A stretch of DNA of 64,000 nucleotides from contig CAWDXG010000004.1 of the NCBI GenBank assembly GCA_963806225.1, positions 832,001 through 896,000 of the forward strand, written 5' to 3'. How positions within the stretch are numbered: the stretch's first letter is position 1; every line of letters begins with the position of its first letter. Shown piece after piece: positions 8,791 through 18,734 of this stretch. The notes beneath the pieces are model-generated. The model was not told the origin of the DNA, did not search any database, and saw nothing but the letters and a program-made list of their open reading frames with translations. The position numbers and the translations under genes were made by a program. The DNA comes from an uncultured delta proteobacterium. Its GTDB lineage: Bacteria; Myxococcota_A; Polyangia; Polyangiales; Polyangiaceae.

Positions 8791-9531
8791 ATGGACGCAT
8801 CCGGCAGCCACGAATCGAATCGCGCCTATTACGACGCCTTCTCGGAGAGCTACGAGGAGCACCGCGGGGACAACGACCCCGGGGGCTACCACGAGATGCT
8901 CGACGAGCTCGAAGCGACCTTCGTCGAGCGCTACGGCTACGACCGCGACGTGCTGGAGGTCGGCTGCGGCACCGGCCTGGTGCTTTCCCGCATCGCAAAC
9001 TTCGCGCGCTCGGCCAAGGGGGTGGATCTCTCCCCCGGAATGCTGGAAAGAGCCCACGAGCGCGGACTGGACGTACGAGAGGGGTCGGTGACGGAGCTGC
9101 CCTTCGACAGCGAGAGCTTCGACGTGACCTGCTCCTTCAAGGTGCTGGCGCACGTACGGGAAATCGACCGGGCGCTCTCGGAAATGGCCCGCGTGACGCG
9201 GCGCGGCGGGTGGATCCTGGCGGAATTCTACAATCCACACAGCCTACGCGGACTGGTCAAACGCTACGGCCCGGCGCGGCGCATCGCACCGGGGGCGAAG
9301 GAAAGCCAGGTCTTCACGCGCTTCGACTCACCGTTTACAGTCAAGCGCATCCTGCCCCCCGGCTGTCGTATCATGACCTCGCGTGGCGTACGCATCGTGA
9401 CTCCAACAGCGTTTTTCATGCGGCACCCGCTCTCTCGCAATCTGTTCCGTGCGGCAGAGTGGGCTCTATGCGATTCACCGGCAAGGATCTTCGGGGGGTT
9501 CTGGATTGCAGCGATACAGAAACAGGAATGA
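8791..9531 (+). CDS. Class I SAM-dependent methyltransferase
   Basis: VLEVGCGTG, GVDLSPGML, LPFDSESFD. Confidence 0.9.
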   Translation: MDASGSHESNRAYYDAFSESYEEHRGDNDPGGYHEMLDELEATFVERYGYDRDVLEVGCGTGLVLSRIANFARSAKGVDLSPGMLERAHERGLDVREGSVTELPFDSESFDVTCSFKVLAHVREIDRALSEMARVTRRGGWILAEFYNPHSLRGLVKRYGPARRIAPGAKESQVFTRFDSPFTVKRILPPGCRIMTSRGVRIVTPTAFFMRHPLSRNLFRAAEWALCDSPARIFGGFWIAAIQKQE

Positions 9532-10415
9532 TGGCCCGACAACGCCCTACCCCCACCCAACGTCCGACTTCCTGGTGGCTCGAGACGCTACGCCGTCGTG
9601 CGGAGCGCATGAACGATGAGTACCTCCAGCTGTCGGAACCCATCCAATGGGAAAGCGCGGACGAGCGCCGCGCAGCTATCAAGTTCTTCAACGCCGCGTT
9701 CCGCGCCGAGGAGAGCGGGCTCACCCAGGCCCACCAGCTGGCGGACATCGTCGGCGAGTGGGATCCGGATCTGGCCGAGGTGCTCCGGCTCTACGGCGAC
9801 GAGGAAGGCTGGCACCGCCAGCTCCTGACGCAGTTCCTCGAGCACATCGGCGGCGAGGTGCAGCCGATGGGGCGCGTAACGCGCACGCTGTACCGCCTCT
9901 ACGGTCGGGCCAAGCGCATGGAGACGATCGTGCTCACGAACCTGATGTTCGAGACGATCGGCTCGACGACGTACCGTCTGGCGCTGCGCAATGTGCGCCA
10001 GCCCGAAGTGCGGCAGATGCTGACCATCCTGACGCGCGACGAGTCGTTCCACGTGCCGCTCAATGTGCACTTCCTCCGTCATGTGCTGGCGCACGCGCCG
10101 CCCGGACAGCGCTGGCGCGCGCGGCTCATCTACCGGCTGCTGTTCGCCACCCTGGTCGCGCTGCCGCTGGCGAGCCGTCCGAAGGCGAAAGAGTTCGATC
10201 GCATCAGCACGCGGGATCTGGCGCGCGGCTACGCCGAGCAACTCGGCCAACTCTTCGCACGCGAGCACGATCTGGAGTTCGAGCCGCCACGGCTGTTCCT
10301 GAAGCTGCTGGGGCTCGGCGAGCGGGAGCTGAACCCCCGCGGCGAAGCCGTGACCAGCGTCGAAGCTGCCGAGAAGGCCGCGGATCGCACCAACGTCGTC
10401 GTGACGGCGCTGTAG
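9528..10415 (+). CDS. Ferritin-like di-iron protein
   Basis: E..ExxH..E..ExxH pattern (AEESG, EEGWH, FETIG, DESFH); ATGA overlap with the methyltransferase. Confidence 0.75.
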   Translation: MMARQRPTPTQRPTSWWLETLRRRAERMNDEYLQLSEPIQWESADERRAAIKFFNAAFRAEESGLTQAHQLADIVGEWDPDLAEVLRLYGDEEGWHRQLLTQFLEHIGGEVQPMGRVTRTLYRLYGRAKRMETIVLTNLMFETIGSTTYRLALRNVRQPEVRQMLTILTRDESFHVPLNVHFLRHVLAHAPPGQRWRARLIYRLLFATLVALPLASRPKAKEFDRISTRDLARGYAEQLGQLFAREHDLEFEPPRLFLKLLGLGERELNPRGEAVTSVEAAEKAADRTNVVVTAL

Positions 10416-10580
10416 CGTTACGCCGCCGTCACGCGGGCATTCATCGCGCACTGCACTTCCCCGGGAAAAGGGCTCTTGTCCCATCGGAGTGCTGTCAGTG
10501 CAGGTCATGGGCTACGAGCTGTATCGCAGAGGCTTCGCCGTAGCGCACACCGCTGCCCGGTCTCATCCTTGCCCCAACCT

Positions 10581-11351
10581 GTGACGAGCACGACGCCCGA
10601 CAGCACGAACAGCGCGCTGGCCAAGGTTCCGGAGGTGACGCTCCTCTTCTGGATGCTCAAGATCGCCGCCACCACGCTAGGCGAGACCGGGGGCGACGCG
10701 GTCTCGATGTCGATGAAGCTCGGCTATCTGGTCGGCACGGCGATCTTCGCCGTCGTGTTCCTGGTCGCGGTGATCGTGCAGATCAAAGCGCCGCGCTTCC
10801 ATCCGGTGGTCTACTGGGTGACGATCATCGCCACCACCACGGTCGGCACGACGATGGCCGACTTTGCCGATCGGTCGCTCGGGATCGGCTACGCGGGCGG
10901 CTCGTCGCTGCTCCTTGTGCTGTTGCTCTCGTCGCTGGCGATCTGGCGCTTCGTGATGGGCTCGGTGTCGGTCGAGAGCGTCTCGAACCCGCGCTCGGAG
11001 ACATTCTACTGGGTCACGATCATGTTCTCGCAGACGCTGGGCACCGCGCTCGGCGACTGGACCGCCGACTCCGCGGGGCTCGGCTACCTGGGAGGCGTGG
11101 GGATCTTCGTCGTGCTGCTGGTGGTGGTGGCGGGGTTCTACCTCTTCACGCGCGTGTCGCGCACGGTGCTGTTCTGGACCGCGTTCATCCTCACGCGGCC
11201 GCTCGGCGCCGTGGTCGGCGACTTCCTCGACAAGCCGCTCGCTTCCGGCGGGCTCGCCCTGAGCCGGTACTCCGCGTCCGGCGCGCTGATCGTCTTCATT
11301 CTCGGCTGCATCTGGCTCCTGCCCCAGCGCGCCGCGCAGACGGCTCACTGA
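10581..11351 (+). CDS. COG4705/DUF347-type membrane protein
   Basis: KVPEVTLLFW..KIAATTLGETGGD, TLGTALGD, FILTRPLGA; start uncertain. Confidence 0.85.
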   Translation: MTSTTPDSTNSALAKVPEVTLLFWMLKIAATTLGETGGDAVSMSMKLGYLVGTAIFAVVFLVAVIVQIKAPRFHPVVYWVTIIATTTVGTTMADFADRSLGIGYAGGSSLLLVLLLSSLAIWRFVMGSVSVESVSNPRSETFYWVTIMFSQTLGTALGDWTADSAGLGYLGGVGIFVVLLVVVAGFYLFTRVSRTVLFWTAFILTRPLGAVVGDFLDKPLASGGLALSRYSASGALIVFILGCIWLLPQRAAQTAH

Positions 11352-11424
11352 TCGAGCGAGCCAGAGCGCCTGGCCCGACTCCGCACGTCTCCCTGCGTCG
11401 AGCTTGCCGTAGACGCTGGACTGA

Positions 11425-12540
11425 CTACAGCGGCGGCTCGGAGAAGATCTCGAGCCTGGCGCTGGCGGCATCGGCGACGTAGACGTTGCCCCGCGCGTCG
11501 ACGACCGAGTTGCGTGCGCGTTCGCCGAGCCGGGCGGTCGCGATCACGCTGGGCTTGGCTGGGTCTTCGAAGCTGGCGACGGTCAAGCGGCGCGCCTTCG
11601 ACGCGGCGACGTACAACATCTGCCTGGACGCTTCGTAGGCGATGTCATCGACGCCGGCGCCGGTCTCAAGCTCGCCGAGCAGCTTGCCGTCGTGCGCGGC
11701 GTCGAGCACGAAAACCCAATCCGAGCAGGCGACGAACAGGAGATTGCGCGCCGGGTCCACAGCGATGCCGTGTGGCCCGTGCTTGTCGCAGCCGGCGTCC
11801 CACGTCGCCTGGATGGCGTGCGACGCGATGTCGATCACCAGCGTCTGGTTCTTGTCTTCGAGGTTCGTGAAATACTTTCCGTGCTCGGCATCGACGGCGG
11901 CGCCTTCGACCGAGCCCGGCGCCTTGATCACGAGCTTTGCCTTCAGCTGCGCAGGCCTCTTGGCGTCGAGCACGCTCACGGAGTGGTCTCGCGGCGTGGT
12001 CGCCCACACCTCCTTCGCCGGCGCCACGTAGGTGACGAAGTCGGGCGGAGTCGGAAGCTCCAGGCACTTGCCGAGCTTCAGCGACTTTTCGTCCACGGCG
12101 CAGACCTCGCTCGTGGAGCGGGTGCCGACGTAGGCGAAGCCGTCGCCGATGGTGACGGAGCTCGGCCCCATCGCGCGCTCGTGCCCGCGCCTCTCGCGCT
12201 TGACCATCTTGAAGCCGTCGACGCGCCGGAACGCTCCTTCTGCGATGTCATAGACATCGACGCTGGCGGTGTCGCCGACCGGCACCCAGACGCGTCCGTG
12301 CTTGCGATCGTACGCGATGAGGTCGAGCGTCACGGGAGCCTTCGCGCCAGGCAGGTCCACGCTCGTCATCACGAGCTGGGGCGGCGGAGGAGCTGGCGGC
12401 GCAGCACGCGGCGCGCTCGACGCGACCGGTGGCGGAGCCGGCGCGGTGGTGCGCGGCGGCGTGTTCGCGATCGGCGCTTCCTTCTGGGCGTTGCAAGCGG
12501 AGGCTGCGAGCGCGACGAGTAAAGCAGTACGCAGGGTCAT
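11425..12540 (-). CDS. YncE-like beta-propeller lipoprotein
   Basis: Lipobox ASAC, Pro linker, propeller blades (PHGIAVDP, GVDDIAY). Confidence 0.75.
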   Translation of the reverse strand: MTLRTALLVALAASACNAQKEAPIANTPPRTTAPAPPPVASSAPRAAPPAPPPPQLVMTSVDLPGAKAPVTLDLIAYDRKHGRVWVPVGDTASVDVYDIAEGAFRRVDGFKMVKRERRGHERAMGPSSVTIGDGFAYVGTRSTSEVCAVDEKSLKLGKCLELPTPPDFVTYVAPAKEVWATTPRDHSVSVLDAKRPAQLKAKLVIKAPGSVEGAAVDAEHGKYFTNLEDKNQTLVIDIASHAIQATWDAGCDKHGPHGIAVDPARNLLFVACSDWVFVLDAAHDGKLLGELETGAGVDDIAYEASRQMLYVAASKARRLTVASFEDPAKPSVIATARLGERARNSVVDARGNVYVADAASARLEIFSEPPL

Positions 12541-12736
12541 CGTGGCAGGAGCATACTCGCGTGCGACAAGCGTTTCCATCGAGGGCGCCGTGCGCTCGCC
12601 GCTGCGCGGCTACGCGTGGATGTAGGCGTCGTCCACGCCCACTCGCACGCCGGGTCAATACGTCCAACGCCCCTTCGGGCTGCGGTGGCGGACGGGGCGC
12701 GCCTGCTCTGGTACCTGGTTGGGTGCGCCCCCGGCC

Positions 12737-13954
12737 TCAGGGTCCCACCAGCGTCAACGTGGCTTTCATGATGTTGAACTGATCGCCGCGGTCGGAGATG
12801 TGCCACAGGGTCGTGCCGCTCAGCCATTTGGCGGGGAAGTTGTGGATGTAGGCGGGGCGGTTCGCGCTCGCGCCGTTCGGGTCAGACGTGTAGGTCCACT
12901 TCGGGAAGTCCGTGCCGTAGCCCACGGTCGTCCAGGGTCCCCACGGCTCGGGCGCGTCGAACAGGCCCCACTCGCCGGTGTCGCCGGTGTGCCGCACCGC
13001 CAGGAGGTAGCGTTTCAGAAGCGGATCGTACGTGCAGGTAACGCCCCATTCGGTCCCGTTCGGGTCGGTGAACACGCGCTGGATGTTCGAGATGTCCGCG
13101 CTCCAGGTCGGGTTTCCGGAGCCGTCGAGCCCGGCAAAGAACTCGTACGCGGAGCGCGTCTCGATGTTCGCCTTGGCGACGCGGAACAGGGCGAGCCCGT
13201 CGGAGAACGCCAGCTCGTCGTAGCCGTAGATGTACTTGTCGCGCGCGCCCTGGTAGTCGGCGCCGAACTGCACGATGCCGGGGTCGGAGAAAGCGCTGTT
13301 CGTTTCGTTGAACATGGCGCCAACGTCCGTCCAGCTCTTGCCGAGATCCGACGACTTCCACAGGTGGTTGTTGGTCCACACGTCCTGCTCGTCGACGTAC
13401 AGGTAGATGACGCCACCCACGGAGATCACGCCGTTGCTGGTCTTGCCCAGCGTCGCGGCCTGGCTGGATTCGGGGTTCACGCCGCCCCAGACGTTGAACG
13501 GCTTGTACGAGGGCGGGGTTCCTTCGAGCCGCGCGACGCCCAGGCTCACGCGCCCCTGCGAGTTGGTTCCGCTGAAGCCGCCGCCGTCGCCCCACGCGAC
13601 GTAGATGTTGCCGTCGGAGGCGGTCGTGTAGCCGAACTGATCGCTGCCGGGGGCCGCCTTGGCGAGCGTCGACTGGTCGAAGCTGATGCCCGCGATCACG
13701 GGGCTCATCGGATACGGCGAGCCGTCGGCGGGCGCACCGCCACTTCCGCCAGTCCCCGCGCTGCCGCCAGTCCCCGCGCTGCCGCCAGTCCCCGCGCTGC
13801 CACCGCTTCCGGATGCGCCGGCCGCGCCGCCCGCCCCTCCGCTGGCCCCGCCCGCGCCGCCTGTCGCGTCTTGGGTGGCGTGCGAGCCCGAGCCGCATCC
13901 GAGCAGCAGCAACGCGGCTGGAAGCGAGTACCGAAGACGCAGAGCGTGTGCCAT
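12737..13954 (-). CDS. Lipoprotein, DUF4185/glycosidase-like propeller
   Basis: Lipobox LLGC; Gly linker; DG.IYVAWGDGGGF, AYEFFAG, APEPWGPW and FPAKW motifs. Confidence 0.65.
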   Translation of the reverse strand: MAHALRLRYSLPAALLLLGCGSGSHATQDATGGAGGASGGAGGAAGASGSGGSAGTGGSAGTGGSAGTGGSGGAPADGSPYPMSPVIAGISFDQSTLAKAAPGSDQFGYTTASDGNIYVAWGDGGGFSGTNSQGRVSLGVARLEGTPPSYKPFNVWGGVNPESSQAATLGKTSNGVISVGGVIYLYVDEQDVWTNNHLWKSSDLGKSWTDVGAMFNETNSAFSDPGIVQFGADYQGARDKYIYGYDELAFSDGLALFRVAKANIETRSAYEFFAGLDGSGNPTWSADISNIQRVFTDPNGTEWGVTCTYDPLLKRYLLAVRHTGDTGEWGLFDAPEPWGPWTTVGYGTDFPKWTYTSDPNGASANRPAYIHNFPAKWLSGTTLWHISDRGDQFNIMKATLTLVGP

Positions 13955-14095
13955 GATGTTCCCCTTGTGTTGCCGGTGGACGTTGTTCGCCGCTGCGCCC
14001 AACTCGTCTTCCTGACGATCGCGCTTCCTAGCAGCGCGGGTCAAGGCACGAGCCCGCCGGCCTCCGCTCCGGAGGCGGCTGCTTCCGGATCCCAT

Positions 14096-15517
14096 CTACT
14101 TGGAGTAGACGTTCTTGACCATCGCGTCCGCCCAGGCCTGGCGGATAGCGTGGTTGCCGGCCTCGTTCGGATGCAGGTCGGTCGGATTGTCGAAGTAGCT
14201 CGCGCGGCCCTGGTAGATGATCGTGTACAGGTCCGGCCCGTGCACGAGCTTGCTACCGTACTTGTTGTACAGCGCCTGGATCTCGGCGTTGTACTTGGGA
14301 ATGACGTTCACGTGCTGCGGGTCACCTGCGTACGGAATCGTCGGCACCACCGGTATCTTCTTCGCTGCGATGACCTTGTCGATGAGCGTGGACATCTCCG
14401 CGTTGAAAGTGGGCGGGTCGTTGCCGGGTGCGTCGTTCGTACCGAGCGAAAGCCCGAAGTACAAACCAGGGAAACCAGCGATGAACGAATCGGCGTATCC
14501 GAGCATCGTGTGCGCCGTCCAACCGCCGTGGCCTGCCATCTCGAACGCCGGGTAGTTCTTCACCTTCGCGTGGACGAGCTGGCTGAAGCTGTCGTTGGAG
14601 CCCTTGTGACCCATCGAGTTGGCGGTGATCGAGTCACCTCCGAACTTCCAGCCGTCGTTGCCCAGATGCGCGTCGTACAGGTTCCACTGCAGCGACAGAT
14701 CCTGGTTCTGGGAGTCCGAGTTGGGGGCGTGCGCGGTGCAGTAGAAGCGCACCCAGTTGTAGCCGGACAGGTCGAGCAGATTCGCACCCGAGCTGAGCTC
14801 GTTGCCCTTGGTGCTCGTCAGCGTGACCCAGCCGCTGGAAGGCGGCGTCGAGCCGCCCGCAGCAGCGTTCGCCTGGATCTGGAAATCACCCGGCAGCGTG
14901 TAGCTGTCGCTGTCGGACGTGACGTAGTTGTAGCCATTTTCGTTGAACCAGACCGAGTAGACCGTCTTGCGCTGCACCACGGGCACCGCGGAAAGGTCGA
15001 CGGCGAGCCAATCGGGGTCGCCTGCCGAGGGAACGTGCGAAGACCGGTACGAGGTGCCGTAGTCCGCGTCGAGTGCGTCGGCTGCCGAGTCCGACGCGTA
15101 CTTCGCATAGGCGGGCTGCCCCATGCTGATGCGCGGCATGGCCGCCTTCTTCGACACAGGAGGCGGCGTAGGGTTGCCGCTGCCACCTGCGCCGCCCTGG
15201 CCCTTGCCACCGGACCCCGCGCTACCGCCGGCGCCCGGTGTTCCGGCGCTGCCACCAGCGGCTGGCGTTCCGGCGTTGCCACCAGCGGCTGGCGTTCCGG
15301 CGCTGCCACCAGCGGCTGGCGTTCCGGCGTTGCCACCAGCGGCTGGCGTTCCGGCGTTGCCACCAGCGGCTGGCGTTCCGGCGTTGCCACCAGCGGCTGG
15401 CGTTCCGGCGCTTCCAGCAGAGCTTGGAAAGTCGTTAGCGTTTGCGCCGGGAGAGGCGCTGCACGCGAGCGCGAAGCTCGCGGCGATGATGGAACAAGTC
15501 CACAATTGGTACTTCAT
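14096..15517 (-). CDS. SGNH/GDSL esterase lipoprotein with an N-terminal carbohydrate-binding-like domain
   Basis: Lipobox ALAC; GDSIT, LGTND, DLHPN. Confidence 0.82.
   Translation of the reverse strand: MKYQLWTCSIIAASFALACSASPGANANDFPSSAGSAGTPAAGGNAGTPAAGGNAGTPAAGGNAGTPAAGGSAGTPAAGGNAGTPAAGGSAGTPGAGGSAGSGGKGQGGAGGSGNPTPPPVSKKAAMPRISMGQPAYAKYASDSAADALDADYGTSYRSSHVPSAGDPDWLAVDLSAVPVVQRKTVYSVWFNENGYNYVTSDSDSYTLPGDFQIQANAAAGGSTPPSSGWVTLTSTKGNELSSGANLLDLSGYNWVRFYCTAHAPNSDSQNQDLSLQWNLYDAHLGNDGWKFGGDSITANSMGHKGSNDSFSQLVHAKVKNYPAFEMAGHGGWTAHTMLGYADSFIAGFPGLYFGLSLGTNDAPGNDPPTFNAEMSTLIDKVIAAKKIPVVPTIPYAGDPQHVNVIPKYNAEIQALYNKYGSKLVHGPDLYTIIYQGRASYFDNPTDLHPNEAGNHAIRQAWADAMVKNVYSK
15241..15410 (-). repeat. 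27-bp coding tandem repeat (AGTPAAGG[N/S]), about 6 copies
   Basis: ttccggcg(c/t)tgccaccagcggctggcg repeated. Confidence 0.9.
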
Positions 15518-15641
15518 GGCGTACTCCTGGTGAGCCTTCGCTCGACGAAGAGCGAGGGCGACGCGCCACCCGGGCGGCGTTGGTGGCGCGGTCACCGCGC
15601 GGGGGCGGCGGTGACTGGGGGTCTGTTTGGGGGCTAGGTGG

Positions 15642-15657
15642 CGCACCGACCGTGCCT
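15642..15657 (-). promoter_or_regulatory. Candidate sigma54 promoter for the SGNH/DUF4185 pair
   Basis: Minus strand AGGCACGGTCGGTGCG = GG-N10-GC. Confidence 0.45.
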
Positions 15658-16076
15658 GCTCGCCACCTCACCGATTGCCCAGAAGCGAAACGGCTATGTA
15701 AGGAATGACCACTATATCGTCGCTGGTCAAACCGACATGTAGGCGGTCGGACATGTTGACGAGCGTTCGCGAAACAGTCAGCGCATTGTTGCGGGGTTCT
15801 CGCCGTTTACAACCAAACGCGACGCGCACACTCAAGCAACGCGTGCGGCGTACAACGCGCAATGACCCTGCCTGCCGCGACACGCACACCGTGACCAATG
15901 TATGCGTCTGTAAGCACGTTCGATCGTGCGTCGAGTTTCACGTCGCGTTCCCACTGCGCGCTAGCTAACCTGGCTCGCGCCGGAGCCTTCGCGCGGTCGC
16001 ACGGCGCCGTGCCACATGGAACGCCTGCTGTCGATCGAACGTCACGAGCGCTCCATGTAGAGCATGAGCGTCCGCC

Positions 16077-17189
16077 CTACAGAGTGAACGACACCTCGGC
16101 GCCGATATCCATGGAAAACACCGTCTTGTCGCCGCTGACCCAGAGCGTGGGAGCGACGGCATCGAGCACCAGGTCGACGCTGTCGCTGACCGAATAGCCG
16201 AGGCCCAGGGACGCGCGCATCACCGGGCCGTTCTTCGGCAGGTAGCCGATGCCGTAGCGAAGCGGGAGCTGCAGCGCGCCGGAGTGCGACAGGCGCACGC
16301 GGTAGTCGACCATCAGCAGCGTGAGCACGTTGCTGGCGCGGCCGTCCTTGCCCTTCAGGTTGGCGTAGGCGACGTAGGCGCCGGCGGCCACGTCGGGCGT
16401 GAAGCGGTAGTCGAGCCGCGCGCCCGCGAGGTGGTTGTAGAACCGACCGGAAACACCGATGGCGCCTTCGGTCTGGATTGCCAGCCGGAAGCGATCGAAA
16501 CGCGGCCGCGGCGGCGGGACCGGCCGCGGCGGGGGCGGCATGCCCGGCGACCGCGGCGGCCGCGGCGCGGCCGGCGCGGCAGGCGCGGGCGCAGGCGGCG
16601 CGGGCGTGGGCGGAGGGGCGGCCGACGGCGCCGGCAGCGCCGACCGGAGCAGCCAATCGACGACCGCGCGCAGGTCACCCGCGCCGGCGTCGCCCTGGGC
16701 CGACCAGGGCCCGCGTCCGTCCGCGCTGGCCACCTGCACGCGCACCACGTAGCGGCCGCCGCGCGCCGTCACCACGGCCGACACGCCGCGCGCGGCGCCG
16801 AGCCGCTTTGCGACGTGCAGCACGTCTGCGGCCGTCGGCGCACCGGCGAGGCCGACCTGGCCGACCGCGCTGCGCGTGGCAACCGCGTCGGTCGGCGCGT
16901 AGCCGAGCTCCCCGGCGGTCCGACGCAGCTCTTCGGTCACCGCGGAGCCAATCACCGGATCGACGCCGATGGCGACCGCGTCGAGAACGGCGACCTGGGG
17001 CCGCGCGGCCGGCGCGGCAGGCGCGGGCGCAGGCGGCGCGGCGGGCGCGGGCGCAGGCGGCGCTGCGGGCGCGGGCGCAGGCGGCGCTGCAGGCGCGGGC
17101 GCGGGTGGCGCGGCGTTCTGGGCGCGTGCGGGAGCCGCGCACGACAAGGCGAGCGCGACCAAGTACGGGGTCCTGTAGCGAGAAGCCAC
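16077..17189 (-). CDS. Secreted protein with a probable C-terminal beta-barrel
   Basis: Signal peptide, PAPAA linkers, alternating beta-strand C-terminus. Confidence 0.65.
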   Translation of the reverse strand: MASRYRTPYLVALALSCAAPARAQNAAPPAPAPAAPPAPAPAAPPAPAPAAPPAPAPAAPAARPQVAVLDAVAIGVDPVIGSAVTEELRRTAGELGYAPTDAVATRSAVGQVGLAGAPTAADVLHVAKRLGAARGVSAVVTARGGRYVVRVQVASADGRGPWSAQGDAGAGDLRAVVDWLLRSALPAPSAAPPPTPAPPAPAPAAPAAPRPPRSPGMPPPPRPVPPPRPRFDRFRLAIQTEGAIGVSGRFYNHLAGARLDYRFTPDVAAGAYVAYANLKGKDGRASNVLTLLMVDYRVRLSHSGALQLPLRYGIGYLPKNGPVMRASLGLGYSVSDSVDLVLDAVAPTLWVSGDKTVFSMDIGAEVSFTL

Positions 17190-17201
17190 GTGCCGAGTCC
17201 T

Positions 17202-18061
17202 CTACCGCGCCCGACGCCTCCAGCCGAGCGCGAAAGCACCCAGCGCCAGCGCGAGCCAGCCGCTGCCGCCGGCGCGACGACCGCCCGCGACGCGGCAGCC
17301 GTAGAAGAACGGCGGCTTGATGGTGTCCACGCACACGGTGCGGTTCGCACTGGCCAACGTCTTTCCGGTGAGATCGCGCACCAGCGCGGCGAAGCAGACA
17401 TGACCGGTCGCCTCGTCGACCGTGCGCGATCACCCGGACGGTGTTTTTGGAGGGCATGGCGCGCACGTCCACCGGCGCGGGAGCGTCCAGCCCGGGCCCC
17501 GAAGTCTGGAACACGACCAGCGCCAGCGCGTCGCGACCGGAATCATCGTCCGCCGGAGCCAGATCGAGATCGAACACGAAACGCTCCTCGATCGAATCGG
17601 TGCAGTCGTCGCGCTTGCGCTGCACGTCCCAGTGGACGCCGGTCACGCCGTCGAACGACGGCGCAGCGCCGTCGGGCCCGCTGCCGACCGTGAAGGTGAC
17701 GTCACGACCGCGCCCCTTGCTGGCGGTCGCGATGCCGCGGAGCTGGGGCCAGTGCGCCGTGTACGCCTTTCCGGCCGCCAGCGGCGCATCCGGCGTGAGC
17801 GTGAGGATACCCTCGGCGGAGTCGAAGCTGACCTTCGCCGGAACCTGTGTGCCGGTCGGAGTCCTCCAGCGGCACGTCTTCGCCCAGGTAGTCCGCGGTG
17901 TGGGCGTAGATGGCGCTGGGCGTCGCGTCGGTCGGCACACCGTCCGCACCGTCGGGCGGCAATGCGTCCAGCAGGTCCGGCTTGCCGCACGGAGCGGCCT
18001 GGGCCGCCATGGAAACGAACAGGGCGCCCGCCGTCGCGAGCAGGAGCATCGCCCGCCTCAC
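17202..18061 (-). CDS. Ig-like domain protein with a MYXO-CTERM-like tail (frameshifted)
   Basis: PPDGADGVPTD...LTLTPDAPLAAGKAYT; tail GCRVAGG..WLALALGAFALGWRRRAR; pieces in three frames. Confidence 0.6.
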
Positions 18062-18678
18062 AGGCTGCACGTCACCTCGTCGCAGGAACCCAAAAGCTCC
18101 TGCGAGTTGCCGTTGTGATTCGAGATCGTAGGTGTCGACGCAGCAGTAGCCATTGTCGATGCAGCACTGCTCGAGCGCGGCCGAGCCATGTTCGGCGTTG
18201 GCGACGGCCTGGCACTCCGGCGGGGGTGCTTGCTCCAGGCACAGGCCGAAGGAGCGTCCATCGGCGGTGCACGTCTGCACGCCCCAGTAGCGGCAGTACG
18301 ACAGGTAGCAGACGCGCTGGCTTCCCGGGACGCACAGATCGCAGCGTTTCGGACACTTGCTCATGTGCCCGGCCACGCAGTAGCTCTGGCCACCGCCGGG
18401 GCAGGCTTGGCCGGGATGCCGTCGTCGATCTTGCCGTTGCAGTCGTCGTCGACGCCGTTGCACGTCTCCGCGGACGGGGTGCAGTGACCGACCGGCGCGT
18501 CGGGGAGCGTGCTCGCGTCGCCGGCGTCGACCTGACCCGGCAATGCGGCGTCGTCGTAGGGCGCGAGATCCTCCGCACCAAGCCCCGTTCGACTGCACCC
18601 GGCGCTGGACCAGGCGATGAAAAGGCAGAGCGCCACAAATACGGACGCTCGACACCAGCCTTTCGGTCGCTGCCCCAC
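18058..18678 (-). CDS. Cys-rich lipoprotein with a MopE-like repeat (frameshifted)
   Basis: SAGC lipobox; ETCNGVDDDCNGKIDDG; Cys-rich continuation in other frames. Confidence 0.6.
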
Positions 18679-18734
18679 GGCACCAGCGTAGCAGCGCGGC
18701 CTTGTCTTGGCTATCGTGCCCGTAGCCCCCGCTC

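Noticed and set aside
12719..15637. Very long alternative-frame ORFs (also 2351-4957, 39406-42561, 34300-36405)
   Set aside because: These are shadow ORFs typical of high-GC DNA, overlapping genes that have clear motifs.
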